From: a virus
Lineage: Duplodnaviria; Caudoviricetes
Virus record (IMG/VR): IMGVR_UViG_3300025718_000003
Location: 1 to 55,884 of that record
Length of the DNA stretch: 55,884 bases
Direction: 5' to 3' (one strand)
The notes below the pieces were generated by a model. That model worked only from the letters and a program-made list of their open reading frames with translations, was not told the origin of the DNA and made no database searches. Positions 1 through 8,976 of this stretch are shown here, piece after piece. Made by a program: the position numbers and the translations under genes. Within the stretch, counting starts at the first letter, position 1; each line of letters starts with the position of its first letter.

Positions 1-118
1 GTTATTGCCACGTCCTTGACATAGGCAGTAGGACAATTAATATGTTAACTATGTACAATAATCGTTTTGTGAGCGCCCGGTCGTATACGCTTGATTATGG
101 CTGCTTCATGTACGAGCA
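1..118. repeat. Terminal direct repeat copy 1 (circular-assembly overlap)
   Basis: 1-118 is identical to 55767-55884, and an ORF reads in frame through the junction. Confidence 0.97.
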
Positions 119-344
119 AAATTTAATGACAAAAGAGGACTTCGCCAGTAAAATAGCTGGGGACGTAAAAAAGAAGTGGCTTGACCACGATAAAAATAAG
201 ATGTATATAGGTGGGGGCGGTGTAATTTTGGCAGGGGAGCAGCTACATAAACACTTCCCACGGGCTACAATAGTCGAAAACCCTGTAGAAGCCAATTCGT
301 TAGGATTCAACGCCATGGCGGTAGCAAAATGTCAAAGAAGCTGA
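3..344 (+). CDS. parM: ParM/StbA-family actin-like ATPase, 3' part (gene starts at 55304 and crosses the circular junction, 268 aa in total)
   Basis: In frame with the ATG at 55304. Carries the phosphate-2 motif LDIGSRT, the adenosine motif GGGG and a C-terminal NPVEANSLG motif. Confidence 0.88.
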   Translation, partial: YCHVLDIGSRTINMLTMYNNRFVSARSYTLDYGCFMYEQNLMTKEDFASKIAGDVKKKWLDHDKNKMYIGGGGVILAGEQLHKHFPRATIVENPVEANSLGFNAMAVAKCQRS

Positions 345-535
345 TAAAAAATGTATCGTTTCGAAATACAGAATCTGAAATACGTTTGATGGAACACGCT
401 AGCAGCAAGCGTAATTTTTCAGAGTGGGTAAAGCAGAAACTAGAGGAAGATATGGGAATTGCTAGCGTAAAGGTAAAGGCCGAAAAACCAGCCGACGAAC
501 AAATTACTATCAATGTTGACGATAACCTATTTTAG
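329..535 (+). CDS. Small ribbon-helix-helix-like protein, probable ParR-type adaptor
   Basis: Overlaps the parM stop. N-terminal beta-strand-like KNVSF, then helices (NFSEWVKQKL) and an acidic tail. Position fits a type II partition operon. Confidence 0.65.
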   Translation: MSKKLIKNVSFRNTESEIRLMEHASSKRNFSEWVKQKLEEDMGIASVKVKAEKPADEQITINVDDNLF

Positions 536-555
536 CCCTACGGGGCTATTTTTTC
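533..555 (+). terminator. Intrinsic terminator after parM-parR
   Basis: TAGCCC-TACG-GGGCTA hairpin followed by a T run. Confidence 0.8.
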
Positions 556-563
556 TTTTTACG

Positions 564-592
564 TTTACGTAGCTTACGTAGTACTATATAAT
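564..592 (+). promoter_or_regulatory. Sigma-A-like promoter for ORF 620, overlapped by TACGTAG repeats
   Basis: TTTACG-N17-TATAAT. TACGTAG occurs at 566, 575 and 603. Confidence 0.6.
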
Positions 593-619
593 GGAAGGAA
601 ACTACGTAGAGAGGTAAAG

Positions 620-1108
620 GTGACAGGCATGGACTTGTGGAAATCCTATAAAGAACTGATTGTTTCAACAGTAGAGAATCGGGAAAAGATAGATATGCAG
701 CTGCAGGTTATTGCAGGAAATCATTATATACCTACTGGAAAAGTAACTATAACAAATGGTGCCACGCTGCGAGAATTAAAGTTTAAAATTTCTTGGACGA
801 ATACACAAACGGCAGTAGTGCGTAGTATTGAATGGCAGGGTAAAAAAGAAAGTAGTGCGAAGGGGGCTATCGGGGGAGCTGTAGCAGGCGCCATCCTATC
901 GGGGGGCATTGGAGCTATTGCAGGGGCAGCCATTGGCGGGCGTAGCAAAGACGCTTCTACAGCTGTAATAGGCCTGGAAGACGACAAGGGCCAGGTAAGT
1001 GAAATATATGTAAAGTGTTCGGGTAAAGAGTACGAGACTTTACAGCGTCTCATAATGTATGAGGAAAGCGAAGCATTAAAGAATATAAAGGGTATGCTCA
1101 ATAAGTAA
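620..1108 (+). CDS. Hypothetical protein with glycine-zipper membrane segment (moron-like)
   Basis: GAIGGAVAGAILSGGIGAIAGAAIGG segment. Has its own promoter and lies next to attP. Confidence 0.7.
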   Translation: MTGMDLWKSYKELIVSTVENREKIDMQLQVIAGNHYIPTGKVTITNGATLRELKFKISWTNTQTAVVRSIEWQGKKESSAKGAIGGAVAGAILSGGIGAIAGAAIGGRSKDASTAVIGLEDDKGQVSEIYVKCSGKEYETLQRLIMYEESEALKNIKGMLNK

Positions 1109-1140
1109 AAAGAAAAATGAGTAGCTATAAAAACTACCCA

Positions 1141-1434
1141 TTTGTAAACATTTTGGTAACCAAATTGATATTTACAGGCTTTTAATGCGGGCACGTACTA
1201 CGAGATATTACACCATTATCCTACTTATTTAACCCCTAAATATACGCGTATGGTGTTGATTTTGCTGGTGTCATGGGTACTATATATAATATAATGGTGT
1301 GGATAATGATGTAAATAATTGGTAATACGTAGCCCCGCCATATTGGGCGGCATGATGTAGTTAGGGGCTTCCGGCCTTTATATATCACGGGCCGACGCTT
1401 TTAAATACACCTAATGCTAACATTCTGCTAACAT
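1141..1434. other. attP region: arm-type repeats flanking a core that matches the groEL 3' end
   Basis: Arm-like pairs TGTAAACAttttGGTAACCA (1143-1162) and TGCTAACAttcTGCTAACA (1415-1433). Core TGGGCGGCATGATGTAG (1344-1360) reads G-G-M-M-stop, like the GroEL C-terminus. Lies directly downstream of int. Confidence 0.75.
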
Positions 1435-1445
1435 AAAAATAATTT

Positions 1446-2615
1446 TTATAGACTTTCCATTAGTTTGCTAAACTTTTGGGAAGTCTCTTTTTTTACTGTT
1501 TGGGTTACGTGTAGGTAAACTCTTTTAGTTACGTCGTCGTCAGAGTGGCCAAGACGTTCCATAATTGCTTCTAAACTGGCCCCGGCTTCGGCTAGGAGTG
1601 ACGTATGTGTATGGCGTAGGGAATGGGGGGTTAACTCTTTATTCAGCCCGGCCAGCGTTAAAATACGTAGCATCCTACTTTCGATAAACTTAATATAGGT
1701 AGGGTAGCCAGGGTATTTACTACTAGTGAAAATAAAACCTTTATCGTAGTACGTTTTACGATGCAGCATTTTTACCGCTTTTTCTTGGGCAATCAGTTTT
1801 TCAAGTGCCTTTATGACAATAGCGTCAACTTCTATAGTACGTATAGAACTTTTAGTCTTTGGTGTTTGTAGGCGATAATTAACAATAGAGTTAGTAGGGT
1901 TATAGTATGTTTTCGTGATACTTATGGTACTGTCTGTAGTATTTATATCGGAATTTTTTAGCGGGCACATTTCCCCAGCACGTATACCGCTGTAAGCTAG
2001 GGTTAAGAATATTTCGTAATCGCCCGCTAATCCTTTTTCCTGGGCCGTTTTAAGAAATAGCGCTAGTTCTTGTTTTTCCAGGTATTTAGGTATAGCGTCC
2101 TTATTTTCTATGTCTTCGACTGTTTGCTGGGTTTTGGGAACTTTAGCGTATTGCGTAGGGTCTACTTTCAGCATATCGAATTCTACAGCCTTTTTGAAGA
2201 TCATACGGGCCGTGCCGTGTACCCCGGAGATAGTATTTTCAGCGTAACCTCTTTTCTTCATATCGGTTAGCGCATTTTGGTAAGCCCGTTTTGTGATACT
2301 GTTTAGATTTAATTCTTTAAAGTAGTGGTTTAAGCAACCTATTTCGTGTTCCCTAACCCTAACCGTACTTCCTTTTACACTGTCACTGTAGCCAGCTAAC
2401 CACTCAATAGCAAAGCTTTTAAATACTATATCCCTTTCCTCAAAGTATGTACCGTCGCCTAAGTCCTTTTGTAGTGCTGCAGCTGCTAACTGGGCTTCTT
2501 TTTTTGTCTTAAAACCCCCTTTAGATTTTTGTTTTCTATCGCCTGTAGTTGGGTTTTTACCAATATCTATTAAGTATGTCCATGTAGTCCCACGTTTGTA
2601 AAAGTGCCCTTGCAT
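1446..2615 (-). CDS. int: Tyrosine integrase with N-terminal arm-binding domain
   Basis: Catalytic residues R (GIRAGE), K (TPKT), HSLRH, LGH and Y (VYLH). N-terminal GGFKTKKEA arm-binding motif. Confidence 0.96.
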   Translation of the reverse strand: MQGHFYKRGTTWTYLIDIGKNPTTGDRKQKSKGGFKTKKEAQLAAAALQKDLGDGTYFEERDIVFKSFAIEWLAGYSDSVKGSTVRVREHEIGCLNHYFKELNLNSITKRAYQNALTDMKKRGYAENTISGVHGTARMIFKKAVEFDMLKVDPTQYAKVPKTQQTVEDIENKDAIPKYLEKQELALFLKTAQEKGLAGDYEIFLTLAYSGIRAGEMCPLKNSDINTTDSTISITKTYYNPTNSIVNYRLQTPKTKSSIRTIEVDAIVIKALEKLIAQEKAVKMLHRKTYYDKGFIFTSSKYPGYPTYIKFIESRMLRILTLAGLNKELTPHSLRHTHTSLLAEAGASLEAIMERLGHSDDDVTKRVYLHVTQTVKKETSQKFSKLMESL

Positions 2616-2683
2616 AAATGCCCTCCCTGTTACCGTTTATTTTGTAAACAACGCAGCCTTACAGCTACGTAGAAACCCTTAAG

Positions 2684-2883
<200 letters not shown>

Positions 2884-2917
2884 AAAAGCTGTAAAGTTTA
2901 TTTATGTATTTTAGCGC

Positions 2918-3574
2918 TTAGTAGTTAACAACTACCTTTTTCAATTTGCCGACAATAAAACAGGTACCTACGTCGTTACTGTTATACACCTTGGGCGGGT
3001 ACAAGTTATTTTCTGATTGCAGGATTATCGTACCATCACGTTTATATACTCTTTTTAGAAAAATATGGTCATCAATTACAACAGCTGCAATCTCGCCATC
3101 GTCTACGTCGGATTGTTTGCGTATTAAAACTAGGTCGCCGTCATGGATGCGCGCATTAATCATACTATCGCCTTGGGCGCGGGTATAAAAGTATTCGCCA
3201 CCGTTCAACCAGCTTTTAGGTGTTTGTTCGTAGCCTTCTATTTCTTCAAGGGCTAATGCCCCAGCGCCGCAGGATACTTTTCCGACTATCGGTAGGCTGA
3301 CCATTTGTAGGTCATTCACACTCAGCCCTAAAAACTCATAAGCGCCTTCTAACAGGGAATCTATTCTGACATTGAGAGCGTTAGCTATATCGCTAATTCT
3401 ATCCATATCAATTTTAATCTCGCCTGTTTCGTAACGTTGTATTGTTTTTTTCGTTAGTCCGATTTTTTCAGCAAGAACTTGCAAACTAAAATTTCTAATA
3501 TCTCTATACTTTTTAATGTTTTTACCGACAACTAAATAAAAAAGTTTTGAATCGTTTCCGCCCAATATTCTCAC
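2918..3574 (-). CDS. CI/LexA-like repressor (XRE HTH plus S24 autopeptidase)
   Basis: N-terminal HTH, VSCG cleavage loop, GDSM catalytic Ser and LKR catalytic Lys. Confidence 0.93.
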   Translation of the reverse strand: MRILGGNDSKLFYLVVGKNIKKYRDIRNFSLQVLAEKIGLTKKTIQRYETGEIKIDMDRISDIANALNVRIDSLLEGAYEFLGLSVNDLQMVSLPIVGKVSCGAGALALEEIEGYEQTPKSWLNGGEYFYTRAQGDSMINARIHDGDLVLIRKQSDVDDGEIAAVVIDDHIFLKRVYKRDGTIILQSENNLYPPKVYNSNDVGTCFIVGKLKKVVVNY

Positions 3575-3658
3575 CGCTTTCTAATGATTATTTAATTACA
3601 TTATAGACACAAAAAGACACTTTAGCAAGTGAATTTAAAATATTTGTGTCTTTTTGTG

Positions 3659-3708
3659 TTGACACATTTTTTAAGTAATGCTATCATAAAAGTGTCGTTA
3701 CAAGACAC
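3659..3708 (+). promoter_or_regulatory. Early rightward promoter with adjacent operator
   Basis: TTGACA-N17-TATCAT with extended TG. Palindrome GTGTC-N7-GACAC at 3692-3708 and further GACAC/GTGTC half-sites at 3606-3665. Confidence 0.8.
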
Positions 3709-3741
3709 AAAAGAACACATAAGGAAAAGAGGTGATAGTTT

Positions 3742-3978
3742 ATGTCGAAGGGTGAAAGAGGAATGACTATGACGGTAAAAGCCGCAAGGGTAAATGCAGG
3801 TAAGACGCAGGAAGAAGTAGCTGCATATATTGGCTTATCAACGACAGCATACAAGCGAAAAGAGAACGGCCAAAGAAGATTTTACATTGACGAAATAGTG
3901 GGTATAAGTATTTTATTTAAGATGGATGTGATAAATTTTTTTGAATCGCAGTGTCGTAATAAGACACAAGAGGTATAA
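3742..3978 (+). CDS. Cro-like XRE HTH regulator
   Basis: ARVNAGKTQEEVA...KENG HTH pattern. Divergent from the repressor. Confidence 0.88.
   Translation: MSKGERGMTMTVKAARVNAGKTQEEVAAYIGLSTTAYKRKENGQRRFYIDEIVGISILFKMDVINFFESQCRNKTQEV
3951..3967. promoter_or_regulatory. Operator palindrome GTGTC-N7-GACAC
   Basis: GTGTCGTAATAAGACAC, same consensus as 3692 and 14086. Confidence 0.7.
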
Positions 3979-4001
3979 ACCGCGAAACTAATTACTGGGG
4001 G

Positions 4002-4244
4002 GTGCTTAACATGGCAAGGGTAAAAATTACGTGTTGGGAGGGTCTACCCGAAGTACTAACCGCGCAACATATAGCGGACTACGAGGGTATTTCCCGGCAG
4101 AGTGTTTATGAGTTGCTTCGTAGAAACCCCGTGTACGGGGGGCTAGCAAACTATGAAATAGGTACTGCAAAACGGGTGGAAAAAGCGGATTACGCTGCTT
4201 GGCGGGCAGCGCGGAAGGCAGATAGAACTAAAAGATTTTCATAA
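4002..4244 (+). CDS. Excisionase-like winged-HTH protein
   Basis: LPEVLTAQHIADYEGISRQSVYEL...IG...RV pattern typical of HTH_17/Xis proteins. Confidence 0.7.
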   Translation: MLNMARVKITCWEGLPEVLTAQHIADYEGISRQSVYELLRRNPVYGGLANYEIGTAKRVEKADYAAWRAARKADRTKRFS

Positions 4245-4259
4245 AGTTAGTGAAAGGGG

Positions 4260-5678
4260 GTGAAAACAGTGTTATCAACAATAGAAGCCGTACACCTTAG
4301 AGGGTGGCAATCCCATATAGACAGTAGATTTAATTTAGGCCCTGGGCTTAATGTTATTACTGGGCCCAGCGACGCGGGAAAAACGTCAATAATACGGGCC
4401 GTAAGATGGGTAGCGTTTAACGACCCAGCAGGGGAAGCATTTATAAACAAAGCTGTAGGGGAAACCCAGGTAGTTATTGCACTAAGTAACGGCGTGGTCG
4501 TAGAAAAGCGAAGGCGTAGCGGTAAAACAGCTTACATGCTGCAGATTCCTGGGGACGAACCTAAAATATTCGAAAAGTCAGAAGTACCCGAAGAAGTAAA
4601 AACCGTGTTAGGTATTGTTAAACAGTCATTCGGGGACTTTGCGGCCACGTTGAATTTTTCCTTCCAGCTAGACGCCCCGTTCCTAATCAGTGAGCCGCCA
4701 AGTGCTGGGGCGAAGGTACTAGGAAGAATAGCGGGTACCGAAGTAATAGATATGGCCATTAAGTCAGTAGCTAAAGATAACTACAAGGCTAACCAGGATA
4801 GGCTACAGTCAAATAAGGACATTGAACGTATTGGAAAAGAGTTAAAGGATTTTGAAGACCTGGACACTTTAAAAAACCAGCTGGAAGCCTGTGAGTATCT
4901 TATAGAGCAGGTAGATATCGCAGCTACTAAAAAGGACAGGCTTACAGCGCATAAAGATACGTACGTGGTGGCTTCCACGAAAATAACGGAATTAGCGCAA
5001 GAACTTGACCGCCTGGCTATTGTCGAAGACCTGGAAGTAGACATTCTGAACATGGGAAAAGCCCAGCAACGCTACGACACGTTACTAGGCTTACACAGCA
5101 GGCTAGGACACTTGGAAAACTCCATAGCCGACCTTACCCATCAACTAGATAGTTATTCAAGAGTAGACGCGCTTTTTGACGAAGTAGCTACCCTGGAAAA
5201 AGATCGTACTAGACTTTCTTTGTTATCTAATTTAGCCATAGTATACAAAAAATACACAGAAGAAGTAAAGAGAATTAACAACCTTTTAGCTTCTACAGCA
5301 GATTTAGATATAGCCAGTGAGTTACTTACTACCGTAAATAGTACCGCCAGTAGATTAGGGCGGCTGCAGCACGTTGCGAATGCCTACCAAGAAAACGCTA
5401 GCAGTATAGCAAGGTACCAAAAAGCTGTGCAGGTTACCAATGGTATCAGCGGGGTAGCGGATTTATTAGCGGAAATTGATGCTGGTAGAGGACGATTACA
5501 ACGGCTTGCAGGGTTAACAGCTACGTACAACGTAAAGCGTCGTACATTTGCCCAGGCTAATACAGACGAGCGCAGCGCAGGCATAAAAGTAGATACCTAC
5601 CAACAAGAACTAAAAACTATATGGGCCAGCTTAAAAGTTTGCCCACTATGCGAGAGATCAGTAGAGGGGGCGGGGTAA
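4260..5678 (+). CDS. SbcC/Rad50-like ATPase, N-terminal half
   Basis: Walker A GPSDAGKT, Q-loop FSFQ, long coiled coil ending in a CPLC zinc hook. No Walker B. Confidence 0.85.
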   Translation: MKTVLSTIEAVHLRGWQSHIDSRFNLGPGLNVITGPSDAGKTSIIRAVRWVAFNDPAGEAFINKAVGETQVVIALSNGVVVEKRRRSGKTAYMLQIPGDEPKIFEKSEVPEEVKTVLGIVKQSFGDFAATLNFSFQLDAPFLISEPPSAGAKVLGRIAGTEVIDMAIKSVAKDNYKANQDRLQSNKDIERIGKELKDFEDLDTLKNQLEACEYLIEQVDIAATKKDRLTAHKDTYVVASTKITELAQELDRLAIVEDLEVDILNMGKAQQRYDTLLGLHSRLGHLENSIADLTHQLDSYSRVDALFDEVATLEKDRTRLSLLSNLAIVYKKYTEEVKRINNLLASTADLDIASELLTTVNSTASRLGRLQHVANAYQENASSIARYQKAVQVTNGISGVADLLAEIDAGRGRLQRLAGLTATYNVKRRTFAQANTDERSAGIKVDTYQQELKTIWASLKVCPLCERSVEGAG

Positions 5679-6203
5679 TTGAGAAATACCTATGAAGTTC
5701 GGGCAAATTATACTGTAATATTTCTACAGCGAAAAGATGGCAGCCAAATGGAAGCCCGTATATCGAATTCTAAACTTGAAAAGGTACTGGCGATAGACGG
5801 TAAGTTCTACCCCATGTGGCATAAACGTAAGCAGACGTTTTACGCCCGCTGTGATTTAAAAATATCAGTATCCCGTGTTAAATGTACTATGCTTCACCGT
5901 GTTATAAAAGAACCGGGTACGGGCCAGCATACAACGCATTTAGACGGCGACGGCCTAAACTGCGTAGACAGTAATCTGATGAATGTAGCGCCTTTTATAA
6001 AAACGAAGGACGCTATACAGCAGGCCATACCCGCGAAACGTCCTACCAGCGGCACGAAGGGCGTGACCTGGCATGTAGCTACTAGTAGGTGGGCTTCCAC
6101 AGTCTTTTACCAAGGCAAACGTTATTGCCTGGGGTACAGTAAGACGGAAGCGGAAGCGGTTAAAATTGTAATGGATTTTAGAAAAGAAAAGGGGATAAAG
6201 TAG
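5679..6203 (+). CDS. HNH-AP2 domain endonuclease-like protein
   Basis: LHR...THLDGDGLNC..NL followed by an AP2-like SGTKGVTW...RW segment. Confidence 0.75.
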   Translation: MRNTYEVRANYTVIFLQRKDGSQMEARISNSKLEKVLAIDGKFYPMWHKRKQTFYARCDLKISVSRVKCTMLHRVIKEPGTGQHTTHLDGDGLNCVDSNLMNVAPFIKTKDAIQQAIPAKRPTSGTKGVTWHVATSRWASTVFYQGKRYCLGYSKTEAEAVKIVMDFRKEKGIK

Positions 6204-6247
6204 CCTACATTAAAAGTAATACAAACTAGCAGCGGGAGGAATGTAAA

Positions 6248-6454
6248 ATGCCAAGACCAAGGGAAAAAGCAAAAATTGATATGTCACAGCCTGCGTTCAG
6301 TGTTGACGAGAGTTGCAACATATTAGGCATATCACGTAACACGATAGACAAATTAATACACAGCGGCGCACTAAAAGCGGTTAGGGCTGGTGAACGTAGG
6401 TGGCTAATACCTAATTGGGCAATTACTGAATTTTTAGCGTCACCATCAAACTAA
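6248..6454 (+). CDS. Excisionase-family HTH_17 protein
   Basis: FSVDESCNILGISRNTI..LIHSGALKAVRAG.RRWLI pattern. Confidence 0.85.
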   Translation: MPRPREKAKIDMSQPAFSVDESCNILGISRNTIDKLIHSGALKAVRAGERRWLIPNWAITEFLASPSN

Positions 6455-6499
6455 TGGGGGCGTGGATATTATTAAAGAGGTGGGGGGTGGTATTCGATA

Positions 6500-6814
6500 A
6501 TGGGTACTAAAATTACGGTAGAGACTACACGCGACGACGGCACGGTATCAATGGAAGAATACAAGGGCAGCGCTTTTACTCTATCAGTAGTACAGCCTAC
6601 AGGGGTAGCTACTGAAAGCAGCATTAACGGAACAGGCGACGGGATATCGCTATTAACGGGGGCCGTAGCTGCAGTAGCTGGGATAGCCAAAAACAACGGC
6701 CTTAGTTTTAACGAAATTGTAGAAATGGTAGCCAAAGGTACTAGCGACGGTGTACAGGTAGCGTTAGGCCATAAATGCACCAATTGCGGTAAGTGCGGTA
6801 AGAAAGTTAACTAA
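6500..6814 (+). CDS. Hypothetical protein with C-terminal Cys cluster
   Basis: RBS present, CTNCGKC motif, operon context. Confidence 0.65.
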   Translation: MGTKITVETTRDDGTVSMEEYKGSAFTLSVVQPTGVATESSINGTGDGISLLTGAVAAVAGIAKNNGLSFNEIVEMVAKGTSDGVQVALGHKCTNCGKCGKKVN

Positions 6815-6831
6815 AAAATAAATGGGGGTAT

Positions 6832-7071
6832 TTGACAATGGATATTAACCAACGTATTGAGGTAGCTAAAATTAATCTAAAAAAGGCAGAACAGGCCAAG
6901 ACGGTAGCAGAAACCCAAAAGGCCGCAGCTGAAACCCAGCAGACCGAAGTTGTAAAGCAAATGGAAGCTGAAAGCGTTACACCTACTACGATAAGCGACG
7001 AAATAGCACGGCTGGAATCAAATATTAATGAGACTCTAACAAAGGTCGAAGGTCTTATACCTAAAGTATAA
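6832..7071 (+). CDS. Small coiled-coil protein in the SbcCD cluster
   Basis: Heptad-rich 79 aa with a GGGGG RBS. Confidence 0.75.
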   Translation: MTMDINQRIEVAKINLKKAEQAKTVAETQKAAAETQQTEVVKQMEAESVTPTTISDEIARLESNINETLTKVEGLIPKV

Positions 7072-7075
7072 GGGG

Positions 7076-7990
7076 GTGGCAGATATGAGTAAGAACCTTA
7101 ACGACTTATTCGGCAGAACGCGAACCCCGGCCCTAAAGTATAACGACCCTAAAGAGGTAGCGGCCAGGGCAGAACGGGAAGCAATCAATAACCCGCAGCC
7201 TTCCGTAGAACTGGAACTAAAGGTGGTAGGTAGCGAACCTATTAGCCCTATACTTGCTAGACAGGTACCCAGTAGCTATAAAGGTACGGTAAGCGGCCGA
7301 CAAAATGCCAACAGTCCCGAATTACAGCAACTACCGCAGCCTAACCGGGTAGACGGCCCTAGGCGTGATAAACTGGCCGCTGACATTAGGCAGGCACAAA
7401 AGCGGCTAGACGTTCGCCAAGGTAAAAAGGAGCTATTAGAGCAGCAGCATAACGAAGCGGTAATGAAGCGCCTAGAAGCCCAGCAGCAACTAGACACGTT
7501 TGACTTAGTACAAATATTGCTGCAGAAGACGAGCGACTACGCCAGGCAGCAAGCGAAAAGCCGCATAGAGGAAATTGTTACTAGTGCATTGAGCGTAGTA
7601 TTCGGTAAAGATTATTCTTTTGCTATAGACCTGCAGGTACGTAGTAATAGGCCCGAAGCAGATTATTACTTGACTAGCGAAGGGGTAACTACACAACTAA
7701 AGCCCCCCGATTACGACCGCGGCGGCGGGGTAGCAGACGTAGTAAGCCTGGCGCTTCGCCTGGCAGTAGGGGAGCTGGAAGGTATAGCAGGGCCGTTATT
7801 CTTAGACGAGGTAGGCAAGCACGTAAGCGCAGAATTCGCGCCGAATGTAGCGTACTTCCTAAAAGAATATAGTAGTAAATTCGGGCGGCAGATCGTACTA
7901 ATTACACATAACGAAGCCCTAGCCGCTGTAAGTGATCATAGTCTAGCAGTAACGCAAAGGGGCGGGATAAGTAAGGTGGCGGTAATATGA
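7076..7990 (+). CDS. SbcC/Rad50-like ATPase, C-terminal half
   Basis: Coiled coil, signature-like RGGGVADVVSLALRL, Walker B LFLDE and H-loop LITH. No Walker A. Confidence 0.85.
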   Translation: MADMSKNLNDLFGRTRTPALKYNDPKEVAARAEREAINNPQPSVELELKVVGSEPISPILARQVPSSYKGTVSGRQNANSPELQQLPQPNRVDGPRRDKLAADIRQAQKRLDVRQGKKELLEQQHNEAVMKRLEAQQQLDTFDLVQILLQKTSDYARQQAKSRIEEIVTSALSVVFGKDYSFAIDLQVRSNRPEADYYLTSEGVTTQLKPPDYDRGGGVADVVSLALRLAVGELEGIAGPLFLDEVGKHVSAEFAPNVAYFLKEYSSKFGRQIVLITHNEALAAVSDHSLAVTQRGGISKVAVI

Positions 7991-8976
7991 TAAGATTTTT
8001 AGTTTGTGGCGACTGGCACCTAAAGGGGGCGAATCCCCGTAACCGCGTAGGCAGCTACAAACAGGCGGCCATAGACAAGCTGCGTGAGGTATTCCAGTTG
8101 GCACAAGCGTACGGCTGCGAAGCAATTATACAGCCTGGGGACATATGGGACAGCCCCGAAGTAGCTAACGGCGTACTGCTGGAATACATGGCCGTACTAC
8201 AAGAAAGCCCCTGCCCCATAATATCCTGCAGCGGTAACCATGACGTGTACGGCTACAACCTGGAAAGCTTAGAACGGGCCAGCCTTCATATTCTTGAATT
8301 ATTAGTACCGAAACTTTCGGTAAACAAGGGTATGGGTTACAGGGTAACCGAAAAGCCGTACGTAGATATAACAATGCAGCCTTATGAGGGTAAAGTAGAT
8401 GTAGACGGCTGGGGTTATGCTTACGAGTGGCCCAAAAATAAAAGACAGACAGACTACAGCGACATAACCCATATTCACGTTGTACACGGTATGCTATTAG
8501 ACCATGAACCCCCTTTTGATAAATTTACGCTGCTGAAAGACGTAGTAACAAACGCCGACATAGTAATTAGTGGCCACGACCATACGGGCTACGGAATTTA
8601 CAGCAGGGCCGACGGCGTGACTTTTATAAACCCAGGCGCCCTACTACGTAGCGCGGCCAGCATATCAGAAATTGAACGGCCGATACAGGTAGCGTTAATA
8701 GAAATAAGGGGTAAGGGTGACTACGACGTAAAGCTTATACCGATAACCTGCGCTAAACCGGGTAACGAAGTACTAGACCGTAGCAAGATAGAAGCCGACA
8801 AAAAGCGGGCCTATGCTATGGAAAGCTTCGCAGCCCTCATACAATCGGATGCGGGGGAAAAGGTACTGATAGATATTAACGGCATAGTAGAGCAGATCGC
8901 GGCTAGCGAGAAGTACAGCCCGGCGGTAGTAGCGGCGACCCTAGAGCGTATAGCCGTGGAGCGGGAAAAACTATGA
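7987..8976 (+). CDS. SbcD/Mre11-like metallophosphoesterase nuclease
   Basis: GDWH, GDIWD, GNHD, H and GHDH motifs, plus NPG. Confidence 0.92.
   Translation: MIRFLVCGDWHLKGANPRNRVGSYKQAAIDKLREVFQLAQAYGCEAIIQPGDIWDSPEVANGVLLEYMAVLQESPCPIISCSGNHDVYGYNLESLERASLHILELLVPKLSVNKGMGYRVTEKPYVDITMQPYEGKVDVDGWGYAYEWPKNKRQTDYSDITHIHVVHGMLLDHEPPFDKFTLLKDVVTNADIVISGHDHTGYGIYSRADGVTFINPGALLRSAASISEIERPIQVALIEIRGKGDYDVKLIPITCAKPGNEVLDRSKIEADKKRAYAMESFAALIQSDAGEKVLIDINGIVEQIAASEKYSPAVVAATLERIAVEREKL

Noticed and set aside
1-118. 118-bp terminal repeat as a biological virion terminal repeat
   Set aside because: It falls mid-gene in parM and is most simply an assembler overlap of a circular or permuted genome.
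42-344. Stand-alone 100-aa ORF from the track
   Set aside because: It is the C-terminal part of the ParM gene that starts at 55304.
724-1194. Long antisense ORF, and the many other minus-strand ORFs across the late and replication operons
   Set aside because: They shadow well-supported plus-strand genes and lack an RBS or recognisable motifs.
5679-7071. Group I intron or intein splitting the Rad50-like gene
   Set aside because: The interval is filled with RBS-bearing ORFs, no intron core or intein motifs were seen, and each half has its own start and stop.
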